From NCBI GenBank assembly GCA_035289485.1, contig DATDXA010000024.1, forward strand, positions 1 through 40,586: a stretch of 40,586 bases of DNA. The letters are read 5' to 3'. The notes under the pieces are model-generated. The model saw nothing but the letters and a program-made list of their open reading frames with translations, was not told the DNA's origin and made no database searches. A program made the translations under genes and the position numbers. The stretch comes from an archaeon. GTDB taxonomy: Archaea > Iainarchaeota > Iainarchaeia > Iainarchaeales > Iainarchaeaceae. Below, piece by piece: positions 30,784 through 40,585 of the stretch; position 1 is the first letter of the stretch; each line of letters begins with the position of its first letter.

Positions 30784-31965
30784 ATGCCAAATGGTGAGGA
30801 GATTTTTGATGTTGTGGTTGTGGGAGCTGGGCCTGCGGGCGGCTCTGCTGCTTTGCATTGCGCGCGCAAAGGGCTCAAAACACTGATTATTGAAGAGCAT
30901 GAAAAAATAGGCGAACCTGTGCACTGCGGTGAGTGCCTAAGCCTTTATGCCGTGCAAAACACAGGCATTGTTCCGCCTGAAAGTGTGATTTCTGAGCATG
31001 TGAAAGGGGTGCGCATTGTCTTTCCCGATGGAACGGCTTCGTGCCTAAATGAAGCGGGGTTTGTTTTGGAAAAGCATCTTTTCGAGCAGTGGCTTTCTGC
31101 AGAAGCTGTGAAGGCGGGTTCGGAGCTGCGGCTTGGAATGAGGCTTGAGGATTTGAAAAGGGAAAACGGCATTTGGAATCTTAAAACGTCAAAAGGAGAA
31201 CTCAAAACAAAAATACTAATTGACGCTTCTGGAGTATCATCAGTTGTTTCGCGCAAATTAAACCTTAATGAAAGGTTCAAGACCGTGACAGGAATACAGT
31301 ACGAGATGCGCGATGTCCCGCGCGATGGGTATCTTGACTTTTATATCTGGCCAGAGCTTGCGCCGCACGGGTATTTGTGGATGATTCCAAAAAAGGACAC
31401 GCACGCAAATGTTGGCCTTGTAACAAATGAAACCAATAAGGCAAAGCAGTACACCGATGAGTTTGTAAAAAGGCTTGGATGGGAAAAAAATGCGAAGGTG
31501 AAAACTTTCGGCGGGCTTATTCCGGCTTCGGGGCCGCTAAAAAATACTTCGGGTGAAGGGCTGATGCTTATCGGGGATGCCGCAGGGTTCACTTCGCCGC
31601 TTTTTGAAGGCGGCTCTCATCTCGGGCTCAAAAGCGGGGAGATGGCGGCGATTGTTGCCGCAAAAGCGGTTGCGGAAAACAATTTTTCTGCGGAATTTTT
31701 CTCCCAGTATGATGCCATGTGGAAAGCGGAATTCCCTGAGTATGATAAAATAATCAAGGGCAAGGACGCGCTCTATGCATTTACGGATGAGGAAATTAGC
31801 TTTATTGGAAGGAGCTTCCCGAGGGATTTTGACAAATTTGATTCTGTGCAGAAAGTCATTTTCGGGCTCAGAGTCCTCTCCTCAAAGCCGCATCTTTTGA
31901 AAAAAGGGTTCCTGCCAGCAATGAAGGCATTTGAATATTCGCAGGCGAAGGCGTATGGGTGGTAA
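30784..31965 (+). CDS. Geranylgeranyl reductase family FAD oxidoreductase (digeranylgeranylglycerophospholipid reductase-like)
   Basis: VVVVGAGPAG, PVHCGE, PHGYLWMIPK (PxxYxWxFP-like), ANVG, LIGDAAG..SPLFEGG. Confidence 0.9.
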   Translation: MPNGEEIFDVVVVGAGPAGGSAALHCARKGLKTLIIEEHEKIGEPVHCGECLSLYAVQNTGIVPPESVISEHVKGVRIVFPDGTASCLNEAGFVLEKHLFEQWLSAEAVKAGSELRLGMRLEDLKRENGIWNLKTSKGELKTKILIDASGVSSVVSRKLNLNERFKTVTGIQYEMRDVPRDGYLDFYIWPELAPHGYLWMIPKKDTHANVGLVTNETNKAKQYTDEFVKRLGWEKNAKVKTFGGLIPASGPLKNTSGEGLMLIGDAAGFTSPLFEGGSHLGLKSGEMAAIVAAKAVAENNFSAEFFSQYDAMWKAEFPEYDKIIKGKDALYAFTDEEISFIGRSFPRDFDKFDSVQKVIFGLRVLSSKPHLLKKGFLPAMKAFEYSQAKAYGW

Positions 31966-31997
31966 TCAATAAATACTTGCATGCACTCCTTTAGTTC

Positions 31998-34900
31998 ATG
32001 GAATTTCGCCCTTTTGTGATATTTTCGTTTATTGCCATAATAGCCATTTTTGGCTGTGTGCAGGAACAGGGAACCAATGGAAGCGCGAATCTTTCGCCCA
32101 CGCAGCCTGAAAATGTTGCCGGCTTTGCGACTTTAGAATCCGGGGAAGAATCTGGAGGCACCGGAACCGGAGAGTATACGCAACCTGCGCCAAATGGCAC
32201 AGGAACAGGCACTGGAAGTGGAAGCGAGTTAGGCTCTGAAAGCGGATCTGGCAGCGGTTCGGGATCTGGTTATGGAGATGAAGGCTCGGGAAGCGGTTCA
32301 GGCTATGATTATGGCTCAGGTTCTGGCAGCGGCTCGGGAGATGAAGAGGATTCGGGAAGCGGAACTGGCACAGGCAGCGGCCCATCACCAATACCTAATG
32401 ACGCTTCAATCAAATGCACGCTTGACTCGGCTTCAGAAGACCGCGCAGGAACATGGAACAAATTCGAACCCGGAATCGGCGGCAGCAACCCAACACCATA
32501 CGACTGGAAATGGATTTGCTCAATTGAATTCACAAAAACCAAAACCATTAACTCAATCGAAATCAAACACGAACTCGCAACAGAAACATGGTCAACCCAA
32601 AACCCACAATTATACCCAATAGTAGCATTCAAAGGCGACACGAAGCTAAACACCGCATACGCTCAGACACTCGGAACATACAATGCAGGAAAATACGACA
32701 ACTTCAAGCTATTTGGCCAGATAGAAAGCGAAACATTCACCGGAGCAATCGCAACATTCACATTCTCAGACGGCACAAGCGCAAGCACAAAAATAGCGCC
32801 ATCGGACAAGAAGCCACAGGCGGCATGCAGCGACTCTGACGGAGCGGACTACTTCACAAAAGGGACAACGACAAAAGGCGCAACAACAAAAACAGATTAC
32901 TGCATCAACACCGAAACACTCAATGAATACACCTGCAAGGACAATCAGGTAAAGGATGCCACATACAAATGCCCGAACGGATGCGACAAGGATACGGGGG
33001 CGTGCAAGCCGGACACAACAACGCCTGCAATAAATTTCTGCTCTTATTTGAACAATAATACTTCATCACCATACCGCGAGGATGAAATTTTCAATTACGC
33101 TGCAGGCGACAACGAATTTTCAGGCAAACAGATTGACATTAAAATAAAGAAGATTGAAAATGTAGACTCCCAAAAACCCAAAGCGACTTTCGAACTTTAT
33201 GAAGCGGGAACCAAAAACCTGATTGCAACTGCCGCGGCAAGCCACTGCGACGATTTGCGCAATTTATTCATCGGCAAAGACGGAAAGCCGATACTGCTCA
33301 ATCACTATTTTATTAAGGGATTTGGCAAGGACGACAAGGGCAAATTCGTTTCACTGGCATGGCTGCAAAATGATGTGTGTGTGGAATCAGAGAACGGGGG
33401 CTACACACAATATGGAACTGTTATCGGAACAACAGGAATGCTGTTTGGGACGATTTACAAAAGCTCCCAAATTACGGATTTATCAATCTCGGGCAGCTTC
33501 AATAACGGGTCATTCATAGATTCGAAAGAGTTCCCTTCGACAAGTCCTGGGACACCGACACTTGTTATTGATTTGGCTTCATTCCAGACGCCACTGCAGG
33601 GAGAAACCACAGTGACCTTGAAAGTAAAAGGCAGATACAACGGCCAGGAAATTAATTCGACTTATTACTGCATAGGCGATGCAAAGAAGGATGATATTGG
33701 ATTTATTTTAGTAAGAGTCCTCGACGGCGAAACGAAAGAGCCGATTGCAGGGGCTTCACTCTCGCTTGGGGGCCCTGCTTCATCATATTATCTGGGATAT
33801 TATTCGACACAGGAGGACGGCGTTGGATTCCTAGCAGACAGGGCTAAATCCCCGCCTGCACCGTATCAGGTTAATGCCAGTGCAGCAGGATATGAAAAGG
33901 GCTGGAAATCCGATGTGTATATCTATTCAGGCGGCAAAACAGAAGTGACAATAGAGCTGAAGAAATCCGAAGTGCCTGCCAATAATCAGCTCTCGGAGCC
34001 AATACTAAACAAGAATCCAGAAAACAGGGTTTCGATTAAGGCGTTCTTCGAGTTCGAAGGGCCTTTCACCAAAATGTTCTACAATAACCAGATGAAGCAG
34101 ATACTGGATACATATCCAAACGAAGTCAGCTTCTCATTTACCAATTATCCGCTCTCAATAATCCATAGATATGGCACCATAACAGCACTTGCAGGCGAAT
34201 GTGCGGCTGCACAGGGCAAATTCTTCGAATTCGCAGACCAATTATACGGCAATGATTATTCCACATTTACAAGGGATGTTTTGCTAAACATTGCATACGA
34301 CGCCAAGCTTGACTCTACTGCATTTGCAGAATGCCTCGAAGAGCAAACATATTACCCCGAAGTCCTCGATGACATCAAGCAGGGAAACGCGCTTGACATT
34401 ACAGGAACGCCTACATTTATTTTAAGCAACGGCCAAAGGGAGATAAGAATTGTAGGCGCGCAATCCTATGATGAATTCAAGAAAGCGATTGAATTCCTGC
34501 TAAATGACACAGAGCCGCCAGTTGATGACGCCGTGATAAAATCAGACTTCATAGTGAAAGACATTGTAATCAAGGATGCTGGCAACGGATATGTGGACAT
34601 CATCCGCAACCCGTTCACAGGGGACACAGGCACATATTATGTGAAAAACAAGATTGGCGGCATAAAGGGAACCGGCAAATACGACGGACAGAGCATGACA
34701 ATTGCAATACTCCAGCTGCTCTCAACAAATCCGGCATTCGGCACGCCGCTGCAGGCGACATTCGAGTTATATGACAAAGATGGACGCATTGTAAGCACAA
34801 AAACCGCCTCAATCGGCGACAACCTAAGGTACTTATTCAAAGCTGAGCCCGAATCAGGAAAGGCGCATTATTATGAAGGCGAAACGATTTCTTCGGTGAT

Positions 34901-37826
34901 TGGAGCCGGACTTTACAAGGGCCAGAAGCTTGGCATAAAATTCGCCACGCTTGAAATCAAGCGCGCGGCGGCAGGCTCGCAGTACCCGTTCATTTACACA
35001 GGGACGTTCGAGCTCTACAACGAGAGCGGAAAACTCCTTGACACGCAAACCGCAGGCAAAAGCGATGACCTCGGAAACCTCTTCAAGGACCCGAACGGGC
35101 AGAACGCACTTGGTTCAAGCGTGAACATTGATTTGATCGGGCTCTCATGGCCGAACTATACCGGATATATTGAGGTGACGGTGAAAAAGCCGGAAGCGCC
35201 AACAACTCAGCCAAAACAGGTACGCATAGCGTCATCGCCAGAGCCGATGGAATGGAACCCAAAAGTTTCAACAAGCGGCACGGGAGCGAAACTTGGCGTG
35301 ATACAGGAACTTAATGAACAGTTTGAACTTGGGGTCAATGTGAAAATAGATGCGGCGGCTCCCAAAAAAATTTACAAAGAATTTCCAAGCTTCACTTCGC
35401 CTGATGCCACATGGCTCTCCGGCGGACCTTCAAGCATTTCCTACGGAACAATAACCGAAATGCCATTTAGGGATAGTGCAGGCAACATATGGTATAAAGT
35501 CCAATTCAAACAAAAGCTCTCAACGCGCGGAGAGGCGATACTTGCAAACGCATGGGTCACACAAGAAATGCTTCTAAAGCTCAACGCCGACTGGACAACA
35601 ACAAAAATCCCTAAAAGTTACACAAGCCACTTCAAGCTTGAGGCGCGCGGAACAGGATATAAGCAGGGCGACTTCCTTTTGGCAAAAGCAGGAGGCGCAC
35701 TCACGCAGGACGTTTATCTTTATGTGATGTCAACCGACAGCAAAGGCGGAGTAAGCGCATTCACAGCATACGCATCAGAATCCAAAGTGCTCTCAAACAC
35801 TGCCGCACCCAAAGCAATAAACCTGCAGGCAGTTTCAAAACCCGCAATATTTGAAAAGAAAAAGACCGCACTCTTTGAGGATTTGGCGTGCTATGATTTT
35901 GATGGCGATGGGACATTAACTCTGGATGAATGTGCAGAAGACATCGAGACATACCTGCAAAAAAACATCCGCGGATGCTGGACACAGATAGATGATTCAT
36001 CACATGATGACACGCCCGCTGAAGAAAATGATTTTGCAATCAACACCGAAATATGGTACGCCGGGCAGGACTGCGAAAAAATGGACATAACGATACCGTT
36101 TGAAAGGGCAAAAGAAATCAAAGTGAGGACCTATTTCGATGACGGAGCGGGAACAGTAGTGCCATATTACTTTCCGGTAACGGTGGTGGACTTGGGCGCC
36201 GAAAGCCTTGATACAGTGCCTCTGCCGTCGCTTGGGTGGGATGGGGAAGGGCACATAACGGTGGTGGTTGCCGACATCTGGCAGCCGGAAGGCAAGTTTA
36301 TCGGGGAAATAGCAGACATAGGTTTCCTTGATGACGATGGATGGCTCGGGCCAGGCGGAAGGGCAGGACTATTCACTGGCAACGGATACAACCGCACAGG
36401 AACAATAGATGTTGCCGCATCATCAGAAGACGATTCATACAAATCGCAGGACTTATGGGTTAGCGCAATAGGAACACCCATACACAATAAGGCGTCCACT
36501 TATCAGATGGCAACATGTGTGAAAAAAGACACTCCGCCGCCAACAGGAGAAGGGACATATCTCACAGGGATTCCATGCACGATATTCACCTTTGAAGACC
36601 CCGCAACAAAAGAAAAAGTCATAGCGACAGAGGAAGGCGTGAAATTGTTCATGACACAGTGCCAGTACGCACTCGGAGGCGCATGCGGGCTACCGGCATA
36701 CCGCAGCAAGCTAGAGGACATACTAAATGCACCCGCACCAATCGGATACAACGGTGACATAGCGACATACCAGGATATGATTGATTATATGACCTATGAA
36801 GCGCTTGAGAAGCACGCGGACCATGTGCTGGGGTTTACGCCGGAAGATACGGCACTTACAAAAGACCGCACGGAAAATGGCGAAGCCGCAGAAAATGCCT
36901 TTTTCGCGGGGGGCGAGGAACAATCGTCGGCTGGCGGTAAGTTGGAAGCGGAATTCAATTACGCGAAAATGGACCCTTCAGGTTTCCCGAAGGTGGATAA
37001 TGCGGCGCAGATTCATGGCATAGTTGCGAGGTACGAAAAGGCGCTCTCTGACAGGGTCATTAGGCTCACCGAGATATATTCCGGCTTGAAAACGGAGCTT
37101 GCTGAAATTGCAAGGCAGATAGATGAAAAAAGAACACGCCTCTCGGAGCTCAGTGCAAGGCAGACGGTGCCCATTTTACCTTCAGAAATCGATGAACTTA
37201 AGAGGCTGCCTGCGGAAATAGCCGAGCTTGAAAACCGCCAAAGATTGGTCGCGAACAACTTCGCCATTACAAAGCAATCTCTTGCCGAGCACAAGACAAA
37301 GCTGACAAAAACGCAGAGTGGGTTGATTTCTTCTGAACTTAAGTGGAGAAGCGAACTGGCGGCTGCCACGGCAAAAGCCGAAAAATCCGCCGGGATGCTA
37401 AGTTCAGTTAGGAAAGGCATAGTTAGTATTGGAAGGGGCCTTAAAAGGATGGCTGGACTCGGTGTTGCGGTTATTATTTTGAATGATGTGCGCAACAGTG
37501 GCGCCTCGGAAGCGGCATGGAATTTTGTTAACGGGATGGTGCCGGCCACAGTGGTGCTGGATAATGCCGGGCCGGACAGCATGGAAGTCGTGAAAAAACT
37601 TGCGGAAAAGAGGCAGCAATTGCACGACAATGTTGTCGGACCGCTGCAAGCATTGGGGAATGCGTATAATCGTGCAATGGGGATAGACAAAGCATCTGAG
37701 TATATGAGTAAACTTAGGGAAGACCAGAGGGCAGTTGAAGAGGGAGACCCGAACGCAGCCCAAAGCCAAAAATTAGTCAGCGAAGCAAATGGGCTGGCGG
37801 CATCGTTAGAAAATCAGAATCAATGA
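31998..37826 (+). CDS. Giant multidomain surface lipoprotein B (1942 aa), paralog of 17818..25824
   Basis: Lipobox IFGC. Colinear with protein A, with long near-identical DNA blocks, but it lacks the 775-aa central insert. Confidence 0.9.
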   Translation: MEFRPFVIFSFIAIIAIFGCVQEQGTNGSANLSPTQPENVAGFATLESGEESGGTGTGEYTQPAPNGTGTGTGSGSELGSESGSGSGSGSGYGDEGSGSGSGYDYGSGSGSGSGDEEDSGSGTGTGSGPSPIPNDASIKCTLDSASEDRAGTWNKFEPGIGGSNPTPYDWKWICSIEFTKTKTINSIEIKHELATETWSTQNPQLYPIVAFKGDTKLNTAYAQTLGTYNAGKYDNFKLFGQIESETFTGAIATFTFSDGTSASTKIAPSDKKPQAACSDSDGADYFTKGTTTKGATTKTDYCINTETLNEYTCKDNQVKDATYKCPNGCDKDTGACKPDTTTPAINFCSYLNNNTSSPYREDEIFNYAAGDNEFSGKQIDIKIKKIENVDSQKPKATFELYEAGTKNLIATAAASHCDDLRNLFIGKDGKPILLNHYFIKGFGKDDKGKFVSLAWLQNDVCVESENGGYTQYGTVIGTTGMLFGTIYKSSQITDLSISGSFNNGSFIDSKEFPSTSPGTPTLVIDLASFQTPLQGETTVTLKVKGRYNGQEINSTYYCIGDAKKDDIGFILVRVLDGETKEPIAGASLSLGGPASSYYLGYYSTQEDGVGFLADRAKSPPAPYQVNASAAGYEKGWKSDVYIYSGGKTEVTIELKKSEVPANNQLSEPILNKNPENRVSIKAFFEFEGPFTKMFYNNQMKQILDTYPNEVSFSFTNYPLSIIHRYGTITALAGECAAAQGKFFEFADQLYGNDYSTFTRDVLLNIAYDAKLDSTAFAECLEEQTYYPEVLDDIKQGNALDITGTPTFILSNGQREIRIVGAQSYDEFKKAIEFLLNDTEPPVDDAVIKSDFIVKDIVIKDAGNGYVDIIRNPFTGDTGTYYVKNKIGGIKGTGKYDGQSMTIAILQLLSTNPAFGTPLQATFELYDKDGRIVSTKTASIGDNLRYLFKAEPESGKAHYYEGETISSVIGAGLYKGQKLGIKFATLEIKRAAAGSQYPFIYTGTFELYNESGKLLDTQTAGKSDDLGNLFKDPNGQNALGSSVNIDLIGLSWPNYTGYIEVTVKKPEAPTTQPKQVRIASSPEPMEWNPKVSTSGTGAKLGVIQELNEQFELGVNVKIDAAAPKKIYKEFPSFTSPDATWLSGGPSSISYGTITEMPFRDSAGNIWYKVQFKQKLSTRGEAILANAWVTQEMLLKLNADWTTTKIPKSYTSHFKLEARGTGYKQGDFLLAKAGGALTQDVYLYVMSTDSKGGVSAFTAYASESKVLSNTAAPKAINLQAVSKPAIFEKKKTALFEDLACYDFDGDGTLTLDECAEDIETYLQKNIRGCWTQIDDSSHDDTPAEENDFAINTEIWYAGQDCEKMDITIPFERAKEIKVRTYFDDGAGTVVPYYFPVTVVDLGAESLDTVPLPSLGWDGEGHITVVVADIWQPEGKFIGEIADIGFLDDDGWLGPGGRAGLFTGNGYNRTGTIDVAASSEDDSYKSQDLWVSAIGTPIHNKASTYQMATCVKKDTPPPTGEGTYLTGIPCTIFTFEDPATKEKVIATEEGVKLFMTQCQYALGGACGLPAYRSKLEDILNAPAPIGYNGDIATYQDMIDYMTYEALEKHADHVLGFTPEDTALTKDRTENGEAAENAFFAGGEEQSSAGGKLEAEFNYAKMDPSGFPKVDNAAQIHGIVARYEKALSDRVIRLTEIYSGLKTELAEIARQIDEKRTRLSELSARQTVPILPSEIDELKRLPAEIAELENRQRLVANNFAITKQSLAEHKTKLTKTQSGLISSELKWRSELAAATAKAEKSAGMLSSVRKGIVSIGRGLKRMAGLGVAVIILNDVRNSGASEAAWNFVNGMVPATVVLDNAGPDSMEVVKKLAEKRQQLHDNVVGPLQALGNAYNRAMGIDKASEYMSKLREDQRAVEEGDPNAAQSQKLVSEANGLAASLENQNQ

Positions 37827-37890
37827 AATTTGCATCCAAATCGCCCCCAAAAAGTGATTATTAAATAGGTTCCCTTCGTAAGGTTAGAGT

Positions 37891-38604
37891 ATGCACTCTT
37901 CGGTTTCTGGATACCATCTTGGGGTAATCCCTGATGGGAATAGGCGCTGGGCGCTTGCAAACGGGCTGCACCCAAGCGAAGGGCACAGGCGCGGCGCTGA
38001 GAAAATGGAGCTTCTTGTCAACTGGGCAATGAAGCAGGACGGGGTAAAGGAACTGAGCGTTTATGGGCTTAGTGAGGAGAATTTCAAGCGCAACCCGGCA
38101 GAACTTGCATGGCTCTATGACATTTATTATGATAAGCTAGCAAAGCTGCTTGATTCGGATGATATGCACGAGAAGGGTGTGAAGGTAAATATTGTTTCCA
38201 CAAGCCCTCAGAAGGTTCCAAAAAACCTGCGCGATGTGTGCTTGGATCTTAAGAGCGAAACCAAATATTATGGAAATAAGGTCCTCAATATTCTTATCGG
38301 ATACACGGGCCAGAGCGAGATTTTGCGCGCTGTGAGCTCTCCGATGAATAGGGTCAGAAACCTCTTTTTTGGGCTAAGCGAGGAAGACATTGTGCGAAGC
38401 CTGGGAGTAAAGAGCACTTGCGATTTTGTGATAAGAACTGGAGAAGAGGAAGCAGAGCGCGAGGCGAAGTCCGGATTTTTGCTCTGGCAGAGCGCGTACT
38501 CAGAGTTTTACCACATACAAAAATTCTGGCCTGATTTGGAAGAGCGCGATTTGCAGGACGCGTGGGGATATTTTTCTAACACGAGAAGGATGCAGGGGAA
38601 ATAG
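37891..38604 (+). CDS. uppS: Cis-prenyltransferase (polyprenyl/undecaprenyl diphosphate synthase)
   Basis: IPDGNRRWA, GHRRG, SEENFKR, VIRTG...SGFLLWQSAYSE, FWPD. Confidence 0.9.
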   Translation: MHSSVSGYHLGVIPDGNRRWALANGLHPSEGHRRGAEKMELLVNWAMKQDGVKELSVYGLSEENFKRNPAELAWLYDIYYDKLAKLLDSDDMHEKGVKVNIVSTSPQKVPKNLRDVCLDLKSETKYYGNKVLNILIGYTGQSEILRAVSSPMNRVRNLFFGLSEEDIVRSLGVKSTCDFVIRTGEEEAEREAKSGFLLWQSAYSEFYHIQKFWPDLEERDLQDAWGYFSNTRRMQGK

Positions 38605-38636
38605 TCAACTATTTAGTTCAAGATAATTAACCTAAT

Positions 38637-39269
38637 TTATTTCAGCACTTTTCCCGTCTTCATATACCACAAATACAAATCGAGAAGAGAGTGGTTCATT
38701 TTAGCCTTTTGCGCGAAATTATCTAATGCGGATTCAATCTGAAGATAGTTTCGCTCAGTAATTGTTTTTGGAAGCGCGCTGATTAGCGCATGCTCGTGCA
38801 TGAGGCGGATTATGTGCCGGTCAAGTATTGCGCAGTTGTCATGGCCCGTGTTTCGCAAAAAATGCGAAGACTCCTTGAGACCGTAGCCTTTCACATTTTC
38901 AAAAAGATAATTTCTTTTTTCCCGGTCGTTCTCGAATTCCTGTAATTTTTCTTTTATTCCAAAATGCCTGCGCGCGCCCACAATATATTCCGCTCGCTTG
39001 TTGTAGAAGCGATAGCCAAGGGATTTTAGCTCGCGCGTGAGTTTTTTTTGCGGCAAATTATAGAACCCATCAAAGCCTAGCGCATCCTGAACCTTAAGGC
39101 CCATCATCGCACTTGAGTTTGCGGTTGTTAGGCAGAAACAAAGTTCGGAAAACCAGTCCTCTTCGCTTTTCCCGGCGAATGATTTGAATTCATTATAGCG
39201 CTCTTTTATGCTTTTGGAAATGCCGTTTGTTTGGAGGGCGCGAAGTTCAAAGAGAAGCGCATTTGACAT
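38637..39269 (-). CDS. ogg: 8-oxoguanine N-glycosylase/DNA lyase (OGG2 type)
   Basis: ELCFCLTTANSSA, GYRFYNKRAEYI, HhH VKGYGLKESSHFLRN, AILDRHI, C-terminal LDLYLWYMKTGKVLK. Confidence 0.93.
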   Translation of the reverse strand: MSNALLFELRALQTNGISKSIKERYNEFKSFAGKSEEDWFSELCFCLTTANSSAMMGLKVQDALGFDGFYNLPQKKLTRELKSLGYRFYNKRAEYIVGARRHFGIKEKLQEFENDREKRNYLFENVKGYGLKESSHFLRNTGHDNCAILDRHIIRLMHEHALISALPKTITERNYLQIESALDNFAQKAKMNHSLLDLYLWYMKTGKVLK

Positions 39270-39317
39270 GTAAGAAAGGGAGATTGGAAAGAATAAAAAG
39301 CGGTGCGCGGCGTTTAA

Positions 39318-39719
39318 TCAGGCAATTTTCAGGATTCTTGCCACTGCCTCAACTGAGCGGACGGAAAAATCCTTCGCGCGCGCCTTTGCCTGCGCAACAC
39401 TCATGCGAGGGCCGGTAATACCATAACCAACTGGCTTATCAAATTTGAGCGAGAGATCTGAAACCTTTTCGGCTACCGTGTACGCAACAATTTCATCGTG
39501 CGATGTTTCTCCCTGAACAAGCGCGCCAAGAACCACTGCGCCGTCGATATCGGTGCGCGCGAGCTCTCTTTTGAGCGCGAGAGGGATTTCAAAGCAGCCG
39601 CACACTTTTACAATGGAAGCAACTTCAATTCCTTTCGCTTGCGCGGCGCGCTTCGCATTTGAAATCATCTCCTGCGCGATTTTTTTGTGGAAATCTGCTG
39701 CGATTATTGCGATTTTCAT
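39318..39719 (-). CDS. ribH: 6,7-dimethyl-8-ribityllumazine synthase
   Basis: MKIAIIAADFH...GCFEIPLA...LGALVQGETSHDE...KPVGYGITGP. The ATG at 39719 follows RBS GGAGG. The longer N-terminus in the ORF track is probably spurious. Confidence 0.93.
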   Translation of the reverse strand: MKIAIIAADFHKKIAQEMISNAKRAAQAKGIEVASIVKVCGCFEIPLALKRELARTDIDGAVVLGALVQGETSHDEIVAYTVAEKVSDLSLKFDKPVGYGITGPRMSVAQAKARAKDFSVRSVEAVARILKIA

Positions 39720-39736
39720 TACATGTTCCTCCATCT

Positions 39737-39790
39737 CTTTCTTTTTCGTCAACGTTTTTCTTTCTCTTGGAAAGAGAAAGAAAAAGGTTG
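39737..39790. repeat. Hairpin-plus-tail dispersed repeat, copy 4 (ribC-ribH intergenic)
   Basis: CTTTCTTTTTCGT-CAACG-TTTTTCTTTCTCTT-GGA-AAGAGAAAGAAAAA-GGTTG. Perfect 14-bp stem with a 3-nt loop. Confidence 0.8.
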
Positions 39791-39847
39791 GTGGGGCTCC
39801 GCTGCGATGATTGAAATTTTCATTTTTCCAGAATTTTGTTTTTCCAT

Positions 39848-40327
39848 TCAGTTCACCTTCACGGGCGCCGCATTGTCCTTTCCCTGCCGCTCGCCAGTGC
39901 CGGCGCGCGCTGTGAGCTCGTGCGGCGCAAAGAGCATCCACATAATGTTTTGCGCGTGTTTTGATGCGCGGTTGTGCATGATTTTTCCGAGCTCCTCCGG
40001 AGTTTTAGCTTCATCTTCGTGCACGAAAACTTCGAACACTGTTTTTCCGGTCATGAGCTGCACTTGGCCAATTCCAAGTGATGCCTCGTGGCTGCAGGTT
40101 TTATCAACTGGAGCCGAGCCTGGCATTCCAAGAGCGATTGCGGCGGTGCACCCATGCTCTAGAAGCTGAAGGAGAGCAACGGGAAGGTCTTTTACTCCGG
40201 GAACGGTTTTTCTCAGGATTTTTACTTTCCATTTATTCGCTTTTGCGCAGGCATTGATTGTGTCGATTGCAATTTTTCCCATATCGCCGCGCGCAAACAT
40301 CGTATCTACTATGGCAATTTTTTTCAT
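39848..40327 (-). CDS. ribC: Archaeal-type riboflavin synthase
   Basis: MKKIAIVDTMFARGDMG...TVPGVKDLPVA...GMPG...HEAS.G...EVFVHEDE...AGTGERQG. Alternative start at 40375. Confidence 0.93.
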   Translation of the reverse strand: MKKIAIVDTMFARGDMGKIAIDTINACAKANKWKVKILRKTVPGVKDLPVALLQLLEHGCTAAIALGMPGSAPVDKTCSHEASLGIGQVQLMTGKTVFEVFVHEDEAKTPEELGKIMHNRASKHAQNIMWMLFAPHELTARAGTGERQGKDNAAPVKVN

Positions 40328-40375
40328 ATGATTTTCACCGCACAGTTGTACAATTTTTTCAGTTCCATTTTCCAT

Positions 40376-40585
40376 TCACTCCCTCACAATCTCAACTATC
40401 GAGCCGTTTTCAAGAGAAAACTTCTTGCGCAGGCTTATTGGCGCAATGATTTCAATAATATTTGCAGGATGGTTTGTGCGGTGCGGGAGAATTGCCGCGG
40501 CTTCAACTTTGCCGTTCACCGTGCATTTCCAGCAATCGATTCCGCCAAAGGTGCGCTGCTCTGTTTTGAAGCCTTCGATTTTTAT
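40376..40585 (-). CDS. ribK: CTP-dependent riboflavin kinase (DUF120), C-terminal fragment, runs off the right edge
   Basis: Not in the ORF track. IKIEGFKTEQRTFGG...AILPHRTNHPANIIEIIAPISLRKKFSLENGSIVEIVRE*, directly upstream of ribC. Confidence 0.88.
   Translation of the reverse strand: MKIEGFKTEQRTFGGIDCWKCTVNGKVEAAAILPHRTNHPANIIEIIAPISLRKKFSLENGSIVEIVRE

Noticed and set aside
17818..37826. Paralog repeats as a diversity-generating retroelement template/variable pair
   Set aside because: There is no reverse transcriptase in the window. The mismatches I inspected in near-identical blocks are mostly synonymous C/T and A/G changes, not adenine-specific, and both copies are intact genes.
31998..37826. 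Second giant gene as a pure assembly duplicate
   Set aside because: Scattered synonymous differences, different signal peptides, large in-frame indels and distinct flanks indicate a real paralog. Local read mis-assignment cannot be excluded.
39720..39941. Long N-terminal extension of RibH in the ORF track
   Set aside because: It overlaps ribC and runs through the hairpin repeat, and a good RBS supports the ATG at 39719.
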